A stretch of 63,936 nucleotides of DNA, counting the filler, from Octopus bimaculoides (taxonomy: Eukaryota): NCBI RefSeq assembly GCF_001194135.2. It is 6 parts of 6 records of this genome, joined end to end, with 100 filler letters (N's around TTAATTAATTAA, not from the genome) between each part and the next. Parts side by side here need not be neighbours in the genome. Positions count along the whole stretch, not along the records: positions 46,414 to 54,310 come from NC_068999.1; positions 54,411 to 57,020 come from NC_068982.1; positions 57,121 to 63,936 come from NC_068981.1; 3 more parts are not named here. One strand, 5' to 3'. Position 1 is the stretch's first letter, and each line of letters opens with the position of its first letter. This document shows positions 52,113-63,910 of the stretch, in pieces. The position numbers and the translations under genes are program-made. The notes under the pieces were generated by a model. It saw nothing but the letters and a program-made list of their open reading frames with translations, had not been told where the DNA came from and searched no databases.

Positions 52113-52780
52113 CATTATTATTATCATCATCATTATTATTATTAGTATTACTACTAATATTATTATTGCCATCATCTTATGACTATTCGTCTTACCATTT
52201 GCAGCAGTGGTAGTGGTGGCAGCAGCAGCTTAGGTGCTGTTGATGTTAGTGGTGGTGGTTCTGGTGATAATCCGTGTTTACTTTTCATTTCAACCGATAA
52301 AAACCGGTGATTATGGCCAGGCGTAAACCTGGATCGCCATTCCTGCAGCGTTCCTTCGCGAAATTCTTCGCATCGACACAATCGTCACGACCACCAGCAG
52401 CAGCAGCGAAACCACCGCCACTACCACCACCATCACTACTCTACCACCACCACCACCACCACCACCACCACCACTACTCTACCACCCTGTCTTTAGCACA
52501 CATCCTACTATCACTGCGACGACTGAAATCATCATCCCACTTGCCATCACCACTACCACCACCACCACCACTGCCGCCACCACCGCCACCACCACCACCA
52601 CCAACACCAACAGCAACAACAACACCTCCACCACCATCACTACCACCGCTACCACGACTACCCTCTACCAATATCATCACCACCACCCTATTATCTCGAC
52701 TACCACCTCCACCACCATCACTACAACCACCGCAATCATCACTACCACTACCAACACCGCCAACACCACTGGGCGATCTA
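51310..52780. repeat. Large compound trinucleotide field (GTT, CAT/CGT/CCT, CTT, ATT, then CAC/TAC)
   Basis: Directly visible, with a unique CpG-rich spacer at ~52180-52390. Confidence 0.95.
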
Positions 52781-52812
52781 TCAGCGACAACAACATTAGA
52801 ACTCTATGCCCG

Positions 52813-52913
52813 TGGGCATATGTCGTAGTGGTTAAGAGCGCGGGCTACTAACCCCCAAGATTCCGAGTTCGATTCCAGGCAGTGACCTGAATAATAATGA
52901 TAATAATAATAAT
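52813..52913 (+). mobile_element. Very short tRNA-only retroposon with (AAT)n tail
   Basis: A box-like gtcgtagtggtt, anticodon-like loop ctactaa, B box gagttcgattcc, then gacctg-(AAT)n. Confidence 0.7.
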
Positions 52914-53186
52914 AGCGAAACGGGCTGATTACTACCTAGCTCAGATACCAGGAAACCCCAAAATGGCTGAAGTTCAAAAGATAGTGCTCATGGGAACTGC
53001 CCATATCCTACGTAAAATACCGTCTATGTGATCTCAAATTTTAAAACAAACACACAATTTTCTTATGGTTTCTTAAACATTCTCTAGAACAACACTATGT
53101 ACAAATCCAAATATATGGTACCCTAGGCATGACACCTACATGAACTTCTAACTTGTTGTCTCTTGAGGTCTCTGGGTGAGACCTGG
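52914..53186 (+). mobile_element. R4/Dong-clade extreme 3' fragment
   Basis: ADYYLAQIPGNPKMAEVQKIVLMGTAHILRKI* then 3' UTR running into a gap. Confidence 0.85.
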
Positions 53187-53570
53187 NNNNNNNNNNNNNN
53201 NNNNNNNNNNNNNNNNNNNNNNNNNNNNNNNNNNNNNNNNNNNNNNNNNNNNNNNNNNNNNNNNNNNNNNNNNNNNNNNNNNNNNNNNNNNNNNNNNNNN
53301 NNNNNNNNNNNNNNNNNNNNNNNNNNNNNNNNNNNNNNNNNNNNNNNNNNNNNNNNNNNNNNNNNNNNNNNNNNNNNNNNNNNNNNNNNNNNNNNNNNNN
53401 NNNNNNNNNNNNNNNNNNNNNNNNNNNNNNNNNNNNNNNNNNNNNNNNNNNNNNNNNNNNNNNNNNNNNNNNNNNNNNNNNNNNNNNNNNNNNNNNNNNN
53501 NNNNNNNNNNNNNNNNNNNNNNNNNNNNNNNNNNNNNNNNNNNNNNNNNNNNNNNNNNNNNNNNNNNNNC

Positions 53571-53819
53571 CTATCATAGTAGGTGCCTTAGGTATAATTA
53601 AAAAATACTCAGACAAATACATAACAAAAATACCAGGACTTACAAATATATGTAACATACATAAAATTGCACTACTGGGTACTGCACACATTCTACGCAA
53701 AACACTTTCAATACAGTAAACATAAAAGCACCACAGCAAACCACAGCACATACCCAAGGCGCACAGAGCTGCGCTCGGTAGTGAAGTGAAAGCACGTTAT
53801 AAAAATAAAACTACTGAAC

Positions 53820-53845
<26 letters not shown>
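53571..53845 (+). mobile_element. R4/Dong-clade 3' fragment, young subfamily, with (AAT)n tail
   Basis: Nearly identical to the reverse complement of 32259-32520. Confidence 0.92.
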
Positions 53846-53865
<20 letters not shown>

Positions 53866-54639
53866 TCAGAAAGTGAAGAAGTGAATGAGAGAGAAAAAGA
53901 TGAGAGAGAATGACATATTGGTGTGAAGAAATATGTATGCGAAGACATTGGAGCTTTGGTTCCGGTTTAGCCTTATGTCTGTCTTCGATGAGCAGGCTTA
54001 AGTTGAAAAGCATTCCAGCCGTCACCATCTGAGAATATGTGCAATGAAAGCAGACCATGTTATCCAATGAGATTTAGTTGTTGTTTCGCGCAGGTCGAGA
54101 GATTATGTAAATTCTCTCCTGAAGGGTCAAAGATACGGAATTGGCATACCAGTGGCTTGTGCGTTTGTAAACTAGGGTGGGCTGTATGAGAGGAGGAAAA
54201 AAAAAAACCAAAAACGGAAAATGAAGCATAAAGCGCTTGGTGAAAGCGAAAAGAAGAAACAGAATTTCGGCAGATTTTATCCGAAGCTTCGAGATTTTTA
54301 TGTTCTGAGTNNNNNNNNNNNNNNNNNNNNNNNNNNNNNNNNNNNNNNNNNNNNTTAATTAATTAANNNNNNNNNNNNNNNNNNNNNNNNNNNNNNNNNN
54401 NNNNNNNNNNCCGTAAGGATTTGAAATATTAATGCTGTATTCAAACTGTTCTGTTCTCTGTGGTTTGTATCTTGTAATAAACACTCTATTCCTTTGGTTG
54501 CAGTTTTCCCACTGCTTATCAAAGGCAGACGACTGTATTCAGCCCCTGCAAAATGTATTCTTATATTGACCTATATTAAAAAAAATATATATATTACGGG
54601 ATACAAATCACAGGCTCTAATTCCAAAATTAAAAGAGTT

Positions 54640-55218
54640 TCAAATTTTGGCACAGGACCAGCAGTTTTTGTTGAGAGGTGATGGGGAAGTCGAGTACATC
54701 GACCTCAGTACTTGACTGTTACTTATTTTTTCGACTCCGAAAATATGAAACCAAGATCGACCTCAGCGGAATTTAAACATAGAACGTATTGGCGGTAAAT
54801 ATTTCGCCCGGCGTGCTAACGGTTCTGCCAACTCATCGACTTTAATTCCATAATAAAAATGCTTTCAAATTTTGACAAAAGACCAGCAATTTCGTGTAAG
54901 TTGATTACATCGATCCCAGTGCTCAACCGGTACTTATTTCACCGACCCCGAAAGAATGGAAAGCAAAGTCGGCCGTGGTAACATTTGAACTCAGAACATT
55001 AAGTTGGAAGAAACGCCGTTAAGCATTTTGTCCGACGCAGTAATGATTCTTCCAGCTGGCGCCTTATAATTCTAATAGTAAAAATCCTTTCTACTGGAGG
55101 CACAAGATCTCAGATTTGTAGGGTGGGTACTAGTCGATTATATCGACCCCAGTACTTCACTGGTACTTAATTTATCGACCCCGAAAGGATGAAAGGCAAA
55201 GTCGACCTCGACGGAATT
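54640..55218 (-). mobile_element. Three head-to-tail SINE family B copies
   Basis: Units at ~54640-54835, ~54865-55062 and ~55075-55218, each with the atcgacccc/gtcgacctc motifs. Confidence 0.75.
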
Positions 55219-56520
55219 ATAATAATAATAATATGAATTGTTGCAACCACTCAACTGCAACCATAAAAAAAAGAAACGAACAAAGCACTTGCTGAACGTG
55301 AACTCACGATTCGCTAATTCGTAATGCGCATTAACGAATCAGCCATGTTACCTGTCGTTCTCCAACCTATTGTCACTAAAATAAGTAATGAAATTCATTT
55401 ATAAAAATACACAAAACTTCTTATATTTAATTACACATTTGCTTTGTCGTTAGCAACATTTGTCGTAATCATACAAAACTGTTATTATTAACTCAACTCC
55501 ATGTTAACATACAGCGATTGTGAACTTATTTATTTTCAACTTTATCTCAATACATTTATTTTTATTTTGCATTTGATGTTATTGTTGTTGTTCCTCATAG
55601 TCGTCGTCATCATCATCGTCATCGTTTTCGTCATCTTCTTTACTCTCTTCCTTTACTCTCTTCTAAATTTGCCAGCCTCTAGCTTAAATTACCGACTGAC
55701 CGCCGCCATTTTAATCCTTCGTTGTTTTTCTTTGATATTTTTTCCCCTCACACCGCTTCCGGTAGACAATCTATTGGGTGCCGAAAAATGTGTAAGTTGC
55801 TTTAAGTTCTGTTATCTTCCATCCACATTTAATGTACTCAGCATTTCGTATATTAGTCAGGAATTCTCTCCCACCCTGTCTCCTTTTCTCTCCTTGCCTC
55901 CTTCTCCTTTCCCTCCCTATTTCTCGATCCTCTCTTCTATCTCTAATTCCCTCTTACTCTCTGTTCTTATTCTCCTCCCTCTATTTCATGTTGTTAGTGG
56001 AGAAGTTTCCTTGCCTAAAGACTTGTGCAAGTAACTTAGGAGCCAACTAACATGTCACTTTGCATTGTATTAATCGCTATGTTTATATTCGTTTGTATAT
56101 ATGTGCACACATGCATGTACATATGTCTGTGTGTACGTGTGTGTGTGTGTGTGTGTGTGTGTGTATCTGTCTGTATGTATATATAAATGTGTTTATGTCT
56201 ATGTTAGTGTTTGTATGCGTGTGCTTGTTGTTACGTGTTTCTGTGTCTGCTGTATTTCTTTGAATGTCTGAACGTTTCTGTGCTTCCACAAACGTTTATG
56301 TTTGTTTTTTGTGTGTGTGTGCAGTACTTCATTTTTGTATAAATTATATGCGGGTGTATATTCATATATAGGTGTGTGGTAAAGGTGCACGTGCGTGTGT
56401 ATGTAAGTGTTTGTGTAGAGCGTTGTTTATACGTATGCGTGTGATTGTATATGCGAAATTTTTATACTGTATTTAGATGCATTCGCATGCGTATGTATAT
56501 GCATGAGCAGGTATATATTT

Positions 56521-56554
<34 letters not shown>

Positions 56555-56737
56555 TGTATGTATGAATGTGTGTGTGTATATATTCGCACAAGTGAGTATT
56601 CAAATGAAAGGAAGAACCACTCGACGCATTAATTGGAGTTTTATACATTATTATTTAAAACCGTTTGATTCGGACTCTATGCGACTTAAAGTTCGGTTAT
56701 CTGAGCTTCAATGAACTAGTTGAATCAAACTGTTGTA

Positions 56738-56789
<52 letters not shown>

Positions 56790-56804
<15 letters not shown>

Positions 56805-57020
56805 TATTCAGACAAATACATAACAAAAACACCAGGACTTACAAATATATATAACATACAGAAAATTGCACTACTGGGTACTGCACACATTCTACGCAAA
56901 ACACTTTCAATACAGTAACCATAAGAGCACCACAGCAAACCACAGCACATACCCAAGGCGCACAGAGCTGCGCTCGGTAGTGAAGTGAAAGCACGTTATA
57001 AAAATAAAACTACTGAACAA
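56790..57020 (+). mobile_element. R4/Dong-clade 3' fragment, young subfamily, starting directly after (AAT)n
   Basis: Nearly identical to 53600-53820. Confidence 0.92.
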
Positions 57021-57749
57021 NNNNNNNNNNNNNNNNNNNNNNNNNNNNNNNNNNNNNNNNNNNNTTAATTAATTAANNNNNNNNNNNNNNNNNNNNNNNN
57101 NNNNNNNNNNNNNNNNNNNNATATATATATATATATATACAGATGTGATAACATTTATTTTAAGTATTATTTTTAAAAACGTTACTCCCAACCGAAGAAA
57201 TCTAACACCACATTTGACCCAAGTCATGCAAAATTCTAAGGGGGTTCATAACTCCAACTCAAGTTTTTACCAAACTTGGTGTGCTGGCTTAATGCAACGC
57301 AGAAGCAGTAAATCTCAAATTTCAGCTTTCAAGTTTAAATAGTTTTAGAGTTATAGAGTTTTTAATTTGTTACCACTTAGGCCCCACTTTAGAAAATATC
57401 CTCTTCCTCTCCATTTTATTTCTGTGACGCTAAAAACTCTGACTCTATTAACTGTTTTTCAGAATAGTAGGCTTATCCAACTAGAGAATCTAAAAGAATG
57501 TCTCATAAGAGAAGTGCTTGTGTCACTGAAAGGAACAAAAAATTTGGACGAAGAATATCGTGCAATTCCAAGACTCACATAGCAAAAGAAGACCTGTTCC
57601 ACTGGAAGAGCATTCTTTGGAAAACAACTAAAGGATACCAATGAAACTTCAAACTGTCGGTCGCTACCTGTTCCTTGGGGGTACCATCTTCGCAGAGTGA
57701 CCAATGCTGGGCGTAAACGTTGAAGTTGTTGCTACACTTTACGGCTTTC

Positions 57750-57950
57750 ATCTTTTACTTGTTTCAGCCATTAGACTACAGCCATACTGGGGCACCGCCT
57801 TGAAAAGTTTTAGTCGGGAGAACCAGCCCTAGTAATTTTTTCAAGCCTGGTATTTATATTATCGGTCTCCTTTGCCGAACCGCTAATGTTACGGGGACTT
57901 AAAGACCTAAAGACACCAACACCGCTTCTGAGGTGGTGGTAAGAGACAAA
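57750..57950 (-). mobile_element. SINE family A 3' half
   Basis: cttttacttgtttcag...tttgccgaaccgcta is the reverse complement of the family A tail. Confidence 0.8.
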
Positions 57951-57978
57951 CACAGTTACAAAAGCATGCATACATATA

Positions 57979-58132
57979 AAGGCGCAGGAGTGGCTGTGTG
58001 GTAAGAAGCTTGCTTTCTAACCACATGGTCCCGGGTTCTGTCCCACCACGTGGCACCTTGTACAAGTGTCTCCTACTATAGCCACAGAAGGCCTTGTGAG
58101 TAGATTTCGAAGACGGAAACTGAAAGAAGCCT

Positions 58133-58177
<45 letters not shown>

Positions 58178-58445
58178 GTTTGTATTATGTATGTATGTAT
58201 GTATGTATGTATGTATGTGCGTGTATATGTTTGTGTGTCTGTGTTTGACCCCTCCCAAACATCGGTTGACAACCGATGTAGGTGCGTTTGCGTCCCCGTA
58301 AGCTAGCGGTTGGGCATAAGAGACCGATAGAATAAGTACTAGTCTTACAAAGAATAAGTCATGGGGTCGATTTGTTCGACTAGAAGTCGGTGCTCCAGCA
58401 TGGCCGCAGTCACATGACTGAAACAAATAAAAGAATAAAAGAATA
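57979..58445 (+). mobile_element. SINE family A, full length
   Basis: aaggcgcaggagtggctgtgtgg head through the aaaagaataaaagaata tail. Confidence 0.92.
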
Positions 58446-58470
58446 TACGTATAAGACAGATACACAGACA

Positions 58471-58524
<54 letters not shown>

Positions 58525-58830
58525 CAGACACACACACGCACACACACACCTAGTTAGGGACAGTGGATTACCATGCTACGATGACTTAGCGAAAGTCAGT
58601 GTAGGTGTAAAGAGACGACCTGGCATAGTCATCGGTGTAGAGGCAAGCTTCTAGTTGTGATAAAGAACCAGTTTCATATTACGTACGTTTAGACAGTGCG
58701 TCTGTGTTACAACCACTTAGTGGCGCTGTTTGCCGCCATGGCTAGTGTCGGCGGGTATCTCTGACGGCACCTCTAAACCTGGGTGCCATTATATATAAAC
58801 GCACCCTGCTACCCAAACTTCTCTCTCCCT

Positions 58831-58863
<33 letters not shown>

Positions 58864-59214
58864 CCCTTTCCTGTGTCCTTCTTTACTCCTCCCAGCTTCT
58901 CTTTCATTTTTTCACCGTCTTTCTTTTTATCTTTCTCCCCTGCTCCTCTTTTTCTTTCCGTCTATCTATCTTTCTATCTTTCTTTCTGTCTATCTGTGTC
59001 TCTCTTTCTCTCTCACCTCTCATGCACACACACACACACATACACACACACACACACACAGACATACAGACGCTCACAGACACACGCAGGCGCTCATTCT
59101 TACACTCGTACCACTACACATACACACGCACAACACACCCACACATGCGTACACACGTTTACATCCATTCATTCACATGTTCTCACATACACACTAGCAC
59201 CACACCAACACACT

Positions 59215-59265
<51 letters not shown>

Positions 59266-59427
59266 TACACACACGCGCGCGCGTACGTAAACTAACAAAA
59301 AAAACACAAGTGCGTTAGCACAACGAAGGCAAAAGTAAACAGTGAATGACGAAAGTACAAAATACGGGTTTCGATTCCGGCTGTTTGCGTCTCCTGGCCA
59401 AATACATTGAACATAAACAGCCTAAAA

Positions 59428-59718
59428 CCGCAGTTCCCAAACATTTTAAGGCTACCACCCACTTGGCACCCATGCCACCTTCCTAGCGCCCCCTCACCCT
59501 CCCCACCACAAATATAGACCACTTTCTGCTGCAAAATTCAAAACAACTGTATTTCGCAATTAAAACTTAATTAAACCTAATTAAACTATCGATATTTCTT
59601 TTTTTACATCTATCGCCCCATTTTGACCACTCCATCATCATCAAACTTTTCTTCAACGCCCCACTGGATTTTTCCACCATCCCCAAGGGCACAATAGTGC
59701 CCACTTTGGGAAACATCG
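59428..59718. mobile_element. hAT (Charlie-like) MITE, 291 bp, with 8-bp TSD GCCTAAAA
   Basis: Imperfect TIRs ccgcagttcccaaa / tttgggaaacatcg; identical GCCTAAAA at 59420-59427 and 59719-59726. Confidence 0.8.
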
Positions 59719-59989
59719 GCCTAAAACATGACACGGATCTTTATGGTTTCAATCACTATATCCAATTTGGTATATGGGTTAAGTTTAGTATACTAATTAT
59801 GAAAATGTCTTCTGGAAACCTCATCATACCTGTGCTTACAACTACACCAAAGTACCATCACAAAGTTTACCTGTTCAAATTAAGGAACTCAAACTAAAAA
59901 GGTGACATACCAACGTCCTCTCACCCGATTTCGAGCGCGCACACACATGTATTTTTGAATCTGTATGTGTGTGTGTGTGTGTGCAGTAT

Positions 59990-60352
59990 ATCTTTTACTT
60001 GTTTCAGTCATTTGACTACGGCCATACTGGGGCAATGCACACAAGAAGCTTTAGTCGAATGAATCGACCCCAGTACTAATTTTTTTAAATGAAGTACTTA
60101 TTCTATCGGTGTCTTTTGTGGAACCGCGGCGACGTAAACAGACTGACACTGGTTATCAAGCAGTGATTTGGAACAAACACACACGCATATGTATTTACGA
60201 TGGGCTTCTTTCAATTCCCATCTACTAAATCCACTCACAAGGCTTTGTTCTGCCCGAGGCTATAGCAGAAGACGCTTACCCAAGGTGCCACGCAGTAGGA
60301 CTGAACCTGGAACCAAGTGGTTGAGAAACAAGCTTCTTACTGCATAGCCACG
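59990..60352 (-). mobile_element. SINE family A
   Basis: Reverse-complement match from tail to head. Confidence 0.85.
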
Positions 60353-60363
60353 TCTGCGCTTAA

Positions 60364-60420
60364 CGCTACCGAGCCGATTGGGTGTAAGCCTGGAATCCTA
60401 ACCACTAGACCACGTTTGCG
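60364..60420 (-). pseudogene. tRNA-Glu-like 5' fragment or SINE head
   Basis: gtggtctagtggttaggattccaggcttacaccc resembles eukaryotic tRNA-Glu; the T arm is degenerate. Confidence 0.45.
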
Positions 60421-61351
60421 TTTCTGCATTTGTTTGAGTTTGTGCCTCTGCATAGATAAAAAAAAAAAAAAAAGGAAAAAATGTAAGTCTTCCTATCAAT
60501 AAAAAATCCTTCTTAATCAGTAAGGGGGAAAGTAATTTTTGTATTTCGTAGGTTTGGATGTTGAAGTCATATATTCAGCCAATCAGATGATCGTTCACAA
60601 TAGCACAATGACCCCTTAATATAACTGACTAATCATAAACATTGTATTATGTAGCTGAAGATCGAGATATGGTGACAAGAGCATAACTGAAAATTGTCTC
60701 GTTATCGCGGAATTTTTGCTCTATGTTTGCCATTCTTTCGGTGTAAAGAAAAAAAACAAATTAATGGCATTTCATAACAGCTGAGGAGGATTGTTGAGTG
60801 AAATTCGAATGCGAAGAAAGTGAATTCCTTACCGAGTGCACGAAAAAGATGGGGGTTGGTTTTCATTGTGCAGACATACGCATTTCTGTACAGCCAAATA
60901 CAAAAACCAGCTTTGGCTATAGATGATGTCGGGTCTTCGTTGATGACAGAGACACAAATAAGAAGAGAAGAAAGAAAATCCGTCCCTGTTTGGTACGCAA
61001 TGAACTCAAAGAGGAAGGGAAACAAAACATCCTTTAACGTCATCAAAAACTTTGACAGTTGCTGAGAAATGTTATCCTGGGCGGCGCAGGAGTGGAGGAA
61101 TTTGAACTATGTTTCGTGGTCTGCTACCACAACAGCTCCTTTATAGGATCCAGTTAGCTCAAGACGTCATCAGGAGGAACCACGTCCGGTTTCGGCCCCT
61201 ACTCCTCTACCGTTTTGACGTGGTTGGACCCCCTGGTGTTTAGTGCATGTCTTCTTTCTTCTGTTCCCTGGCCTCTTCGATGCAGCGTCAACGAGTGTCA
61301 GCAACCCAATGACTGTCTTGTCAGATTTCCCTTTAAATACCTGCAGCTAGG

Positions 61352-61610
61352 CTCTGTGTGGTAAGAAGCTTGATTCCCGACAACATGGTTCCGGGTTCAG
61401 TCCCACTGCGTAACACCTTGGGCAAGTGTCTTCTACTTTAGTCTCGGGCCGACCAAAGCTCTATATGTAGATTAGGTAGACAGAAGCTGAAAGAAGCCCG
61501 TCGTATACGTATTCTGTCGGTCGCTTTTGCCGAACCGCTAAACGTAAGCACACCGACACCGGTTGTTAAGCGGTAATGGGAGTGGGGGTTCAAACACAGA
61601 CACAAAGACA
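61352..61610. mobile_element. SINE family A 5' half (+) joined to an inverted central fragment (-)
   Basis: Head 61352-61508 on +; tttgccgaaccgcta...aaacacagacaca 61515-61610 on -. Confidence 0.75.
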
Positions 61611-61631
61611 CACACACATAGATACATACAT

Positions 61632-61670
<39 letters not shown>

Positions 61671-62695
61671 NNNNNNNNNNNNNNNNNNNNNNNNNNNNNN
61701 NNNNNNNNNNNNNNNNNNNNNNNNNNNNNNNNNNNNNNNNNNNNNNNNNNNNNNNNNNNNNNNNNNNNNNNNNNNNNNNNNNNNNNNNNNNNNNNNNNNN
61801 NNNNNNNNNNNNNNNNNNNNNNNNNNNNNNNNNNNNNNNNNNNNNNNNNNNNNNNNNNNNNNNNNNNNNNNNNNNNNNNNNNNNNNNNNNNNNNNNNNNN
61901 NNNNNNNNNNNNNNNNNNNNNNNNNNNNNNNNNNNNNNNNNNNNNNNNNNNNNNNNNNNNNNNNNNNNNNNNNNNNNNNNNNNNNNNNNNNNNNNNNNNN
62001 NNNNNNNNNNNNNNNNNNNNNNNNNNNNNNNNNNNNNNNNNNNNNNNNNNNNNNNNNNNNNNNNNNNNNNNNNNNNNNNNNNNNNNNNNNNNNNNNNNNN
62101 NNNNNNNNNNNNNNNNNNNNNNNNNNNNNNNNNNNNNNNNNNNNNNNNNNNNNNNNNNNNNNNNNNNNNNNNNNNNNNNNNNNNNNNNNNNNNNNNNNNN
62201 NNNNNNNNNNNNNNNNNNNNNNNNNNNNNNNNNNNNNNNNNNNNNNNNNNNNNNNNNNNNNNNNNNNNNNNNNNNNNNNNNNNNNNNNNNNNNNNNNNNN
62301 NNNNNNNNNNNNNNNNNNNNNNNNNNNNNNNNNNNNNNNNNNNNNNNNNNNNNNNNNNNNNNNNNNNNNNNNNNNNNNNNNNNNNNNNNNNNNNNNNNNN
62401 NNNNNNNNNNNNNNNNNNNNNNNNNNNNNNNNNNNNNNNNNNNNNNNNNNNNNNNNNNNNNNNNNNNNNNNNNNNNNNNNNNNNNNNNNNNNNNNNNNNN
62501 NNNNNNNNNNNNNNNNNNNNNNNNNNNNNNNNNNNNNNNNNNNNNNNNNNNNNNNNNNNNNNNNNNNNNNNNNNNNNNNNNNNNNNNNNNNNNNNNNNNN
62601 NNNNNNNNNNNNNNNNNNNNNNNNNNNNNNNNATATATGCATGTGTATATATATATATTTACGCTATTTACATTAGACGGATGTGTTCTCATATA

Positions 62696-62731
<36 letters not shown>

Positions 62732-62749
62732 TGTATGTATGTATGTATA

Positions 62750-63115
62750 TGTTTGTGTGTCTGTGTTTTCCCCTACCATCGCTTGACAACCGATGTTGGT
62801 ATGTTTACGTACCCGTAACTTAGCGGTTCGGCAAAAGAAACCGATAAAATAAGTACTAGGCTTACAAAGAATAAGTCATGGAGTCGATTTGTTCGACCAA
62901 AGGCAGTGCTCCAGCATGGCCGCAGACAAATGACTGAAACAAATAGAAGAATATATATATATATACGACGTGCTTCCACACAGTTTTCGTCTACCAAATC
63001 CACTTACAAGGCATTGGTCGGCTCAGTAGTATGGTCTTGCCCAAGGTGCCTCGCAGTGGAACTGAACCCCAAATCACTTGATTTCACAGTGAGTTCCTCA
63101 ACCACGCTGCCCAGT
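62750..63115. mobile_element. SINE family A 3' half (+) and a 5' half (-)
   Basis: 62750-62945 on +; 62965-63115 reverse complement of the head and central block. Confidence 0.8.
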
Positions 63116-63445
63116 GGCTTAAACAACATTACATTGACATGTAGCTGATGTAATATATTCCTAATCCCTCAACAGCGCATTAACAAATGACTCTGAGTCC
63201 CCACTTTATTTGAAGGCGCTGAAATCCTCGTAGTCGGATGTGTTGATGCCCAATTACTATTTGATAAATTTGTCCTCAAGCCTGCTGCATAAAAAAATTT
63301 TTTTAATTAAGGCCACAAATGACACAGGTTTTGTAACTGCGTATCGTGGCTATTAATGCTTCAGTCAACAAAAGCTGAGATTTTATTAGAAAGGTCTCAC
63401 ATGTAACGAACCTGTTTTTGAAATAATATGCAGACTGTATGTTAT

Positions 63446-63910
63446 ATATCAGGTCATCCTATAAATAATATTCGAAATATATGAATTTCTATTAATTGAT
63501 ACTCACATGGATTTGGAAATCTTTAATGCAATATAATCTCTTTTTACAGAATAGTCTGACTGAATTAATTACTAATATAAACTCCCTCAAAGATGAATGT
63601 ATCGAAGGAGCATTTAAGGTACATAATGCTTTATGAGTTCAAAAAGGGAAACAATGCAGCCGAAGCAGCCTGAAATATCCATTCTGTTTATGGGGGAGGG
63701 GGCTTGAATGAAAGAAGTTGCAGAAGATGGTTTGCAAAGCTCAAAAATGGTGATTTCAACCTAAGAGAGAGGCCACGAATAGGACACCTTGTTGAATTTG
63801 ATGGTGAGCTTCTTTTGTCAGAACTTAAGAAGGATGATGCTGTGTCAGTTGAAGAATTGGCAAGCAAGCTCACTCCAAGACATTCAACAGTTCACTACCA
63901 TCTTCAACGA
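63446..63910 (+). mobile_element. mariner transposon left end with disrupted transposase N-terminus
   Basis: TIR-like TA-TCAGGTCATCCTATAAATAAT. ATG 63593: MNVSKEHLRYIMLYEFKKGNNAAEAA*NI..NERSCRRWFAKLKNGDFNL. Truncated at (TA)n. Confidence 0.9.

Noticed and set aside
51309-52828. His-, Ile-, Met- and Pro-rich ORFs of 170-280 aa, including MARRKPGSPF...
   Set aside because: Trinucleotide arrays stay open by composition. There is no domain or splice support, and the last ORF ends inside a retroposon.
54094-54189. Phase-0 open segment after an acceptor (VERLCKFSPEG...) as the next exon of the signal-peptide gene
   Set aside because: It is on another scaffolded contig, has no recognisable homology, and short open frames are expected by chance.
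57463-57582. Phase-0 open segment after a strong acceptor (NSRLIQLENLKEC...)
   Set aside because: No donor or homology, it is adjacent to transposon-like sequence, and it cannot be linked across joins.
61150-61200. Minus-strand GAAAC...CUGAUGA as a type II hammerhead
   Set aside because: Stem I cannot form a hairpin and stem II does not pair.
11035-62786. Long ORFs in the track composed largely of X
   Set aside because: They are read through N gaps flanked by microsatellites and have no coding meaning.
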